A DNA stretch of 38,383 nucleotides from Macrostomum lignano (Eukaryota): positions 1-38,383 of the forward strand of contig NIVC01003911.1 in the NCBI GenBank assembly GCA_002269645.1, read 5' to 3'. The notes under the pieces are model-generated. The model did not search any database, was not told where the DNA came from, and saw only the letters and a list, made by a program, of their open reading frames with translations. Position numbers and translations under genes: made by a program. Numbering within the stretch: position 1 is the first letter of the stretch; every line of letters begins with the position of its first letter. Shown here piece by piece: positions 10,538-19,828 of the stretch.

Positions 10538-11264
10538 TGCAGAGCCTTGCTCACTGCTGTTGAAACCGCGGCCTTGGACTCCTCCGCAGTTACCAAACTG
10601 ATGTATTGACGGACGATGTCACGTTGATTTCCAAACCTAATAGCTCAATTATGAATTCGCCTTTTCACCACAGACACTTTTGAAAATATAATAAATATTG
10701 GACAATTTTTTGCACTCTTACTAATTTTGCAACTTATATATAAAAGCCACAATGCTTACATTCACTCTATTGTTGATTTAAAAGGCAACCATGCGTGGTG
10801 AATGCAATGAAAAACGTTTCGTTTCAATGATTAAATATAGCAACTTCTAGTAGGAACGTATTGTAGTCGCTTGTTTTCTCGTCCCCCAGTCTGACCTGAG
10901 CTCTGGCAGGGAACAGATATGACAGTTACAAACTCGGATATTATACACTCCCAAGGGGTTTAAAACTTTATTTGATTGGATACTGATCTCTACAAGCTCT
11001 AGGAGGTCAATGGTGCCAAGGGACGGTTATCTGAGGACACCGTATAGGTTGCGCGGAATTCCTTAACGGCGGTGTACTCGTGCTTGCCTGCTGGTACAGG
11101 GTACATTTGGATTTGCGATAAACATTTGGATAAACAACCCTATGTGGAAACACTAGTCAATGCACTTTTATGCAGTCGCGATGCATGATATTGGAATAAC
11201 ACGACTCGCGCAAACTGGCATGCATGCATCCGATATCATGCATTCCGACTGCAGAAGAATATAC

Positions 11265-11500
11265 CATTAATTTGGGGCTAAATTGGAATCTCGGCTTGGC
11301 TCTACTCGTGCAATTAACGTCCTTTCAATCCCTAAACTTGGGCCAACCCCCAACCCCAAGGCACAGTGAAGTGTACATGCCTAAAGATAAATAAAGTTAG
11401 GGCCGCTGTACACTCCTGTGTGAGTGTATGCTTGTGCGTATGACTGCGGGTCGGCGGAATGGGCAGTAATGCGCCTCTCGCCGGTTATGAGATGCGCGTA
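11265..11500 (+). mobile_element. Dispersed repeat family, copy 2
   Basis: Long near-identity to 27410-27444 plus 27660-27850, and to the reverse complement of 3560-3780. Confidence 0.75.
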
Positions 11501-11791
11501 AGGTGCGCCGAAAGGACCATCACTCCGAACCGAACCTGACGCCGAAAGAGGCGAGATTGAAGAGCCAATCAGAAGGCAGCGAGGGGGAGAGAGATGAGAT
11601 AACAAGACTGAATTGGACAGAGAGAGAGAAAACACAGTAAACAGTGACTAAGAAAGTCGCGACAATAGCAGCCACCCCAAGCGTGCAATCAGCAGCCTTC
11701 AAGTAGTAATTAACTTCGTTTGCAGGCAACTCTGCAGTCAGTGATTGCCGCCCAGATTAACAAGTTTATTTTCCACTACAGAAGCACAACA

Positions 11792-12974
11792 ATGCCAAAC
11801 AGGAGCTCTCCGATCTGTCTTGGCTTTCTGCTTTTCGCCGCTCTAGCCGGTAAGATAAGCTTTTACTGACTTAAGAAGCGCAATATTTTTATTCGTTTTA
11901 TTGAATTGCAAGCAAATGGCACACCGCTATCGTATTGCACAGGTGCTGGACAGGCCATACACTGTCTGGTGTACCACTACTCGTCTGGCATTACTGGTGG
12001 CATTTCTAGGGCTATGGTAGTTGAGTGCGGCAGCAGTGTCACCAGCTGTCACAAAGACCAGATAACCGCGACTACGCCCGGCTCGAATCTTGAGTTCAAA
12101 AATAATTTAACCCTAACTGTGAGTAAAAAGTCAGACTAGTCGCATTTTTGTGTCCGTAGGGGCAGGCTTCCCGTGGAGCAGCTTGAGTGTCCGCTGCCCT
12201 GGGTGGCCTTCATTTTTATTCCCAATAGCAAAACTCGAGTTCTTATATAGCATGAAGTCAAAGCTGGCTCAATGCAACTTGCTCAATGCCACTTGAAGGT
12301 CGAGGGTTCGACTCCCGATCCACTCGGAACAATTTGTGTCCTTGAGCAAGACACTTAACTCTGCATTGCTTCAGTACACACAGCTGTAGAATGGGTGCCA
12401 GCATTAGCTGGGGTAATTGAGGGTGTGTGGCGACCCCCCAGTCCTTGGACTGAACAGCCGTACGCAGCCTTCAGATGCGCCGCGCAATAGCTGCGGCTGA
12501 GCTGTCGGTTGCACATCTGGCCCAATCGGGGCAGGTGTAATTGTTATTATCGCATGTTAAATTTATGTTTATTTTGATTTTTATTGACCATTTTATTGAC
12601 TTCATTAATGTTATAGCAAATCGGAAATTGCTATCGGGAGTTTTTTGCTATTGCAAATTGAAACAATGGCCGCCCGATTTGAAATTTAAACCTTTGCGCA
12701 TTACAGGCTGGTTCATATTTTGCAATCACCGCGCACGCTATACATGTAAATTGAAGATTTCTCGGACAGCTGTGCATTCGCTTCAATTTCTTATTTGCAG
12801 TCTTACAGTGGCAGCTGTGGCGAGTGCCAAGGCCGATCGTTTCCGGGAACAACTTACATCTGCACAGCATGCAAAACTGACCAGTGCAACTCTGCATTCG
12901 CTGACATGCGCCCCTGGCTCCGATTGACCCTGGCGCTGCCTGTCCTGATAGTTGCGGCTCTGTGCAACTTCTAG
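11792..12974 (+). CDS. Ly6/uPAR (LU, three-finger) GPI-anchored protein, paralogue A, 3 exons
   Basis: Exons 11792-11849, 11943-12118 and 12801-12974, all GT-AG and in frame. Product MPNRSSPICLGFLLFAALAG-AGQAIHC...ECGSSVTSC...NNLTLT-SYSGSCGEC...YICTACKTDQCNSAFADMRPWLRLTLALPVLIVAALCNF: signal peptide, 8 domain Cys ending in CxxDxCN, hydrophobic GPI-type tail. AATAAA at 13097. Confidence 0.85.
12255..12550 (+). mobile_element. tRNA-derived SINE, copy B (intron 2 of Ly6 paralogue A)
   Basis: A-box-like TGGCTCAATGC at 12265, B-box GGTTCGACTCC at 12305, CORE-like middle, GC-rich 3' domain and TTATTAT tail. Highly similar to copies A and C. Confidence 0.82.
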
Positions 12975-13227
12975 GAGCAAAATTTATTGCAGCAAAACTG
13001 TTTGTAGTTGAATATGATGTATCTGACAGCTATGACAATAGTTTCGTATTTAATATCTGTTCGACTTTTGATTTGATGAAATACCATCGCACTAAAAATA
13101 AACTTATGCATAAATTGACAATTTTTCAAAATTATTAAAGTGTTACCAATTTACTGTTGTCATAGGCAAAGGTTGAGTATTTTACCGTATTTGTTTACAG
13201 ATCGTCACTAGCTGATTAGACCTTTTT

Positions 13228-13592
13228 CCAGAAGTTTGGAGCGACTGTCAACAAACTTTGAGCTGTTTTCACTAGAAGTTTGGGGCTGTTTTCAGTAGAA
13301 GTTTGGAGCTGTTTTCAGTAGAAGTTTGGGGCTGTTTTCAGTAAAAGTTTGGGGCTGTTTTCAGTAGAAGTTTGGAGCTGTTTTCAGTAGAAGTTTGGGG
13401 CTGTTTTCAGTAGAAGTTTGGGGCTGTTTTCAGTAGAAGTTTGGAGCTGTTTTCAGTAGAAGTTTGGGGCTGTTTTCAGTAGAAGTTTGGGGCTGTTTTC
13501 AGTAGAAGTTTGGAGCTGTTTTCACTAGAAGTTTGGAGCTGTTTTCACTAGAAGTTTGGAGCTGTTTTCACTAGAAGTTTGGAGCTGTTTTC
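13228..13592. repeat. 23-bp minisatellite (GAAGTTTGG(A/G)GCTGTTTTCA(G/C)TA), left part
   Basis: Period 23 is visible. Interrupted at 13593 by the LTR element. Confidence 0.95.
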
Positions 13593-13808
13593 TGTTAGCA
13601 CTGTGATGAACTTTTATTTATTAGAGAATGCACTTTGCTTAGTAGCCGTCAACGGCTGAGAATCCTATTGATGTCTATGGACATTTGTACAGTTCAATTC
13701 GGTGGCTTAAAGAGTTGCCAAAATATAATTGAAAAGACCAAGCGTCTGCAGAGTTAAGCCAAAGGCTGAGACTCGATCAATTTTCTTACTCGTCCCAAAA
13801 AACGAACA
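13593..13808 (+). repeat. 5' LTR
   Basis: Direct repeat of 17628-17843, followed by the PBS. Confidence 0.97.
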
Positions 13809-13817
13809 CTGGCGACG

Positions 13818-16800
13818 ACGGCTGGTCTTATCGAGCCTCTGGAGACAGAAGCCCCAGCGGAAATTGAGCGCTGGTTCCAACGCTTCGAAGCAGTTTCCAA
13901 GCTGAACAAGTGGGATGACACCGCTCAGAAGTTCGCCCTCATCGCACACCTCGGCAAGAAGGCCTTCGCACTGTTGGCGGATGCGCTATTGCCAGATAAG
14001 CCTGACGCCAAGACCTACGCTGATCTGAAAACTCAGCTGATCAAGGAGACGAAAGCGGGGAAATCCGAGATTGCATACCGGTACGCGTTCCATCACCTCA
14101 AGCAGGACGACGGCGAAGACGATTCTGCCTACGCAAGAAGGCTGCGACTGGGTTCGGAGAACTGCGGCTTTTCAACCGCCGAACTGAATGACCGCCTGCG
14201 GGACCAATTTATCTTCGGATTGTCGAACAAGGAGATCGTCAGAAAGTTGCTCACAGAGAAACTGAAAGATCTGACGTGGCAAAAAGTAACTACGGTGGCC
14301 AATGCATACGAGGCCGTAAGTCGCGGCGAGAGACAAATCTCTAGAGGCGAAATTCTACATGTCAAGTCAGATTCTCCTTCGACATCGAAAGCCCAGAAGC
14401 CAGCGTACCAGAAAAGCGACCAGAAGAACGGCCAATTGCGCGAAGTCAAGTGCTTCTGCTGCGGCAAGGAAGGACATACAAAGGACCAGTGCCACCACCG
14501 GACTAAGACATGCCTTCAGTGTGGTAAGGTTGGTCATCTTAAAGCAGTTTGCAGGTGCGGACCGAACAAAGGTGGACAACGGCCTTCAACGAGCAACAAA
14601 TGGTCACAAGGAGGCGGACGGCATCCAAGGAGCAGAGTCAGAGCAATCGACGATGCAGCTGATCAAGTCGGGCACATTTTCTCGATGATGACGCCGGAAG
14701 ATGGTCGTGGAAGCAGATGGATAACGCGACATGTAGTAGTCAATGGTACGAAAATCAAGATGCTACTGGACACCGGGTCGTGCTCAACGTTCGTGTCAAG
14801 CTCGGTGTTTCAAAGCCTACTCGAACCAGCAAATATAAGGCCCACAAGCAGACGATTCGCTGCGTATCAAGGGGATCCAGTGCTAGTGAAAGGCGAAGCT
14901 ATTGTGAACGCCAAGCTAAACTCAGTAAGTTCCGACCTAACTCTGTTTGTGGTGGACAACCCAAAAGCCGAATCTATCTATGGCCTAGATTGGATTGCTG
15001 CCCTTGAGCCAGACCTCTACACTTTTATTACAAAATGTATGGTGCCTGAGGAAGACGGCTCGAATCCTACAACGGCGTGCTCTGTAAAAAGATTTTCTGT
15101 ATCATTGGCCATTGAGGCGGGAGCAAAGCCCATCTTTTTTAAACCTCGGCAAATTCCATACGGGATTCAGGACGATGTCAAGGCCGAGTTGAAGAGAATG
15201 GAAGAGGCTGGACAGCTCCAGAAGGTGGAATCCAGCGAGTGGGCTACACCCATTGTCTGTGTTCGAAAGCAGTCTGGAAAGGTTCGGATTTGTGGTGACT
15301 ACAAGGTTACCCTCAACCCACTGCTGAAAGACATGGTGTCAACAACGCCCACAATTGACGAAGTTCTGTCAAAACTAGGCCGTGCCCGCCGATTCTCTAC
15401 GTTGGACCTATCAAATGCGTACCTCCAAGTACCGGTGGATGAAGACAGCAGCGTGATGCTGACGTGGAGCACTCCGTTCGGCTTATACAGGCCCACTGCA
15501 TTGGCATATGGAGTAAAGCAAGCACCAGCAATTTTTCAGTCATTCATGGACAGGTTGCTTCTAAACATAGAAGGTGTCATTTCCTACCAAGATGACATTC
15601 TTGTGTGGGGTTTCAACCAACAGAGTCATGACAACAGACTGTCCAATGTGCTTCGAATTTTAAAGGAGAGTGGACTGAGCATTAACGAGGAGAAATGCAC
15701 TTTTAACAAGCCATCTATCATGTTCCTGGGATATGAGATCAGTGAAAACGGCATTCGTCCACCACCAAAGAAAGCCAAGGAGATTGCAGGATTAGAAGAG
15801 CCAAAGAATCTCAAGCAGCTGCAGTCATTTATCGGGATGGTCGATTTCTACGGACGGTGTATCAAGAATCTCGCGAGCCTGAAAGAACCTTTAACGAAAC
15901 TGACCAGGTCAGGAACGAAGTGGGCATGGGGCCCAATCGAGCAGAGAGCCTTTCAGAGCATCAAGGACGAACTACACAATGCAGTCGCTCTCAAGCCTTT
16001 TGATCCATCAGATAAGATCGTTCTCACTACTGACGCGTCACCATCGGGACTTGGTGCAGTCCTCGAGCAGTCGTCTGGGCCCGTAATATTCATTTCAAAG
16101 ACTCTAACTCAAGCAGAGCGCAACTATGCTCAAATTGAACGCGAGGTCCTCGCCATTGTATGGGCTGTGAAGCGCTTACACAAGCGCTTACGTTGATTTG
16201 CTGGGACACAAGTTCGTCATTCGCACAGACCACCAACCGTTAAAGTTCATTTTGATCCTGGCAGATCCTTGTCAACTGTTGCTGCACCGAGAGTGCAACG
16301 CTGGGCAATCACTTTGATGAGCTACGAATACGCCATTGAGTGCAAGAGATCTGCTGAGATTCCCGTGGCCGATGCCCTGTCAAGACTGCAGAACAGCACG
16401 TCCGAAGGGGAGCAGTTTGACATTAGCTCAGTGCAGGACTGCCTACTAGATTTTCCAATCAACAAGGAGCGTTTGAGAAGACAATCGAAAGAGGATTCAG
16501 AGCTCCGGAAGTTATTCGCTCTAGTCAAGTTTGGCTGGAATGCAGAAGGACTTCGAGAACTACAACAGTTTAGCCGATTCAGGGACGAGATAGTCATTGA
16601 GAATGGATTGCTGTACAGAGGTATTCGGCTGGTTGTACCAAAGCAGGAGCGTTCTGCAACTTTGCGATTGCTGCACGAAGGACACATCGGACCAGAAAAG
16701 ATGAAATCCATAGCTAGACAATGCGTCTGGTGGCCTGAAGTAGATCGAGACATCGAAAAGTATGCGAAAGGATGTAGTTCGTGCCAGGAAAACAAGGATC

Positions 16801-17606
16801 AGGGGGCCACCCGACAATGGACTTCGTGGCCGGATGAGACCGAATGCTGGTCAAGAGTTCACATGGACTACGCAGGGCCTATGAAGGGAGGAAACTACAT
16901 GTTGGTACTGATTGATGCGTTCAGTAAATGGGCTGAAGTTCACGTGACTAAGGGAACCACTTCATCTGAGACAATCAAGCGACTGCGAAGAACGTTCGCC
17001 CAAGAAGGCGTGCCCGTGACTATTGTTTCCGACAATGGACCTCAATTTGTATCGAAAGAAATGCAAGGTTGGTTAAAAGGAATCAACTGCCGACATGTTC
17101 TCACACCACCGTATCATCCAAGGTCAAATGGACTGGCCGAGCGCTTTGTGAGAGATTTAAAAAATCACGTCCGAGCCGCTGAAGAAGACGACCTTCAGAG
17201 TTGCGTCGACCGGTTTCTGCTTCAATACCGGAACGCGAAACATTCTACGACCGGAAAATCGCCCTCTGAGCTGATGAGAGGTCACCTACTTCGCACCCCT
17301 GCATTTTCTCTGGCACGTGAGCCAGTCTGGGTGAAAACCTACAACAACGAGATGACAAAGTGGAAGTCTGGCGAAGTGGTGGCAACAGAGGGAAAGGTTG
17401 TGGTCGACGTTGAGCTGGAGGACGGAAGGCGTGGACGCTACCATCGTGAACAGACAAAGCCAAGGAGTTCCGGTTCCGATTACCTGGTGGAGACGCAGAC
17501 TGAAGAACATGTGCACACGGATCAAGAGTCTGGTCTTCGGAGAAGTAATCGCCATCGGCAAGTACCAAGGCGACTCGAGTACCGCAAGCTTGGTGTACCT
17601 ACCTAG
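13818..17606 (+). CDS. gag-pol: Gag-Pol polyprotein, disrupted in RNase H
   Basis: Two CCHC knuckles (CFCCGKEGHTKDQC, CLQCGKVGHLKAVC), protease LLDTGS, RT (WATPIV, RICGDYK, LDLSNAY, YQDD), RNase H (TDAS, NYAQIERE), integrase HHCC (LHEGH...CSSC) and DDE (HMDYAG, SDNGPQF, NGLAER). TGA at 16194-16196. The motif LLGHKFVIRTDHQPLKFI is shifted +1 between ~16198 and ~16250. No in-frame ATG upstream of gag. Confidence 0.9.
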
Positions 17607-17627
17607 CTGTTAACTAATGGGAAGGAG

Positions 17628-17843
17628 TGTTAGCACTGGGATGAACTTTTATTTATTAGAGAATGCACTTTGCTTAGTAGCCGTCAACGGCTGAGAATCC
17701 TATTGATGTCTATGGACATTTGTACAGTTCAATTCGGTGGCTTAAAGAGTTGCCAAAATATAGTTGAAAAGACCAAGCGTCTGCAGAGTTAAGCTAAAGG
17801 CTGAGACTCGATCAATTTTCTTACTCGTCCCAAAAAACGAACA
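17628..17843 (+). repeat. 3' LTR
   Basis: Preceded by the PPT and followed by TSD TTTTC. Confidence 0.97.
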
Positions 17844-18165
17844 TTTTCAGTAAAAGTTTGGAGCTGTTTTCAGTAGAAGTTTGGAGCTGTTTTCAGTAAA
17901 GTTTGGAGCTGTTTTCAGTAAAAGTTTGGAGCTGTTTTCAGTAAAGTTTGGAGCTGTTTTCAGTAGAAGTTTGGAGCTGTTTTCAGTAGAAGTTTGGAGC
18001 TGTTTTCACTAGAAGTTTGGAGCTGTTTTCAGTAAAAGTTTGGGGCTGTTTTCAGTAGAAGTTTGGAGCTGTTTTCAGTAAAAGTTTGGAGCTGTTTTCA
18101 GTAGAAGTTTGGGGCTGTTTTCAGTAGAAGTTTGGAGCTGTTTTCAGTAGAAGTTTGGAGCGACT
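17844..18165. repeat. 23-bp minisatellite, right part
   Basis: Same unit as 13228-13592, resuming in register after the TSD. Confidence 0.95.
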
Positions 18166-18738
18166 GTAAGGTATTTTGATTATTTTAAAAATCAGTCAAA
18201 ATTTGACTCAGTTTGCGATAGACATGTACTTTAGAAATTTAAAACCATAACCGGAGTTTTTTGTCTTTGAGCGAATCACTAAGTAAAGCTCAATGAGACT
18301 TCAGCTTAGCCTAAGCAGTTGCTCATTATACAGTGCACTGTATCCAACCTGATAAGCCATATTTCGGTTAGATCCTGCAAAAGCCAACCCTCAAACCATT
18401 GCTCAGCTAGAGGGGCAGACAGATCTCTAGGACAATACCATCGGAAGCTGCTCCAGCTCCCCCATCCAATAGTGAGTCTTCAACCTAACGTTAAGTCAAC
18501 TGTAGCGGCATGGAATGAAAGCCCCCCCCTGCAGTCCGTAACAGTCGCAGCTGAGACTGAGCTGGGTTGGTGAGAGGGGGGCTTGATGAAGTCTCGGTTG
18601 CTAAGGTCGGGCTCTGAGTCAGTCTAGTTGCCATGGACGCGACAATACCCCCCCCCCTAGTTGGCTTTGGGCTATTGAACGATCGGGCATCCGCTGTTCT
18701 TAACAACCACCCCTGCAGACGCCCCATCCCCAGGGGCT

Positions 18739-18754
18739 CCAATCTGTATAAAAA
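18739..18754 (+). promoter_or_regulatory. Putative core promoter of Ly6 paralogue B (CCAAT and TATAAAAA)
   Basis: CCAAT at 18739 and TATAAAAA at 18747-18754, ~100 bp upstream of the ATG at 18855. Motif match only. Confidence 0.5.
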
Positions 18755-18854
18755 GCCTCACCGCTCTCGGGATTCCGGGCCGCAAAGTAGGCTTCAACCC
18801 CGTTTCATTTGTCGCCTCACTGCTGCAGGAACCACTAATAATTACGCCGCCAAA

Positions 18855-19442
18855 ATGCTAAACAAGACCAGCTCAATCTGCCTTGGACTCGGCGTCCTGG
18901 CTGTCTTAGTTGGTAAGCTGACTGAAGTATAAAATGCATAATGTAGCGCTGTCAACCACAGCAACAGAACTTGAATTATCATCATCATCTAAAACTGTGT
19001 CGCACGCAGGTGTCGGACACGCCATCAGCTGTCTGACTTACAGCCACATGGGCATTGAAGGCATCCGGGGCACCCCCACTGTGATGGAGTGCGCCAGCTC
19101 CGTCACCACCTGCATTAAGATCAACTTCGTTCAATACTACACCACTTCGACTTCGGCCGTAAAAACCAATGCCAGCCTTACTGTGAGCAGAGTAGATACA
19201 TGAGCTGATTGAGCCCTGTCTCAGCATTGACCCAGCCATACAGCAGCTCTGCTCACTCACCGCACTCGCATTCTCAGGTGTACTCTGGCGCCTGCGGCAG
19301 CTGCACTGGCTTGCCGTCGAATTACATCTGCACCGCCTGCAGCAGCGACCAGTGCAACTCCGCCTTTGCTGCTGTGCGGGCTGCCGCTCCGCTGACTCTG
19401 GCGCTGCCGCTCCTGATGGCCGCTGCCCTGCACAGCTTCTAA
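18855..19442 (+). CDS. Ly6/uPAR (LU, three-finger) GPI-anchored protein, paralogue B, 3 exons
   Basis: Exons 18855-18912, 19010-19182 and 19278-19442. Product MLNKTSSICLGLGVLAVLVG-VGHAISC...ECASSVTTC...NASLT-VYSGACGSC...YICTACSSDQCNSAFAAVRAAAPLTLALPLLMAAALHSF. Same intron phases (1, 0) and same 58-nt first exon as paralogue A. AATAAA at 19541. Confidence 0.87.
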
Positions 19443-19828
19443 AAGCAGCAAGCGAACCTCGGAATTTTGAGAGAAATTAAATTACTGTAAAAACGTTGAT
19501 AGCTTACCGCAATACTCAAGATCAATATTTCTGTTTCACGAATAAAAATAACCTAGATTTTCAGCAACTCAACTTTTTCGATATTATTTTATTAAATAAC
19601 TTACAAAATTTACCCTAATCTATATTCCCTTACAAGTATGAGTTTTTATGAGTGTTTTTAATTTCAAAATGTATGAAATTTTTTCATACATTTTATTCAA
19701 AGCTAAATACAATACAACACAGTCTGTCTCTTGATTAAATTTTAAACACTTTCTAAATAATGGAACTCAGTCTAAGTTTCTGATCATTTGACAGATACCG
19801 TTAAAGTGAATTACTGCAAAAAATGAAC

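Larger units (their letters stand above)
13593..17843 (+). mobile_element. Full-length Ty3/Gypsy LTR retrotransposon, Mag-like, 4251 bp, recent insertion
   Basis: 216-bp LTRs TGTT...AACA at 13593-13808 and 17628-17843, with 3 mismatches seen by eye. 5-bp TSD TTTTC at 13588-13592 and 17844-17848. PBS TGGCGACGA at 13810-13818 (tRNA-Ser-like). PPT ATGGGAAGGAG at 17617-17627. Domain order PR-RT-RH-IN. Confidence 0.97.

Noticed and set aside
11520-11729. Minus-strand hydrophobic ORF (TLGVAAIVATFLVTVYC) as a third Ly6 tail or membrane micropeptide
   Set aside because: No ATG, no upstream CN motif or convincing splice acceptor, and it runs into a repeat copy.
12420-12540. Self-cleaving ribozyme in the SINE 3' domain or in 24850-25350
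   Set aside because: Hairpins are present, but I found no hammerhead core (CUGANGA...GAAA) or twister/HDV signature in the right geometry by eye. An Infernal scan would be needed to exclude it formally.
15586-15597. YQDD rather than YLDD/YVDD at the RT active site
   Set aside because: The YxDD second position varies among Ty3/Gypsy RTs; not evidence of novelty by itself.
18627-18640. X-box-like GTTGCCATGGACGC upstream of Ly6 paralogue B
   Set aside because: Only one half-site matches. The same GTTGCCATGG occurs inside the PDCD4 coding exon, and no convincing X-box was found upstream of the ciliary gene DRC1.
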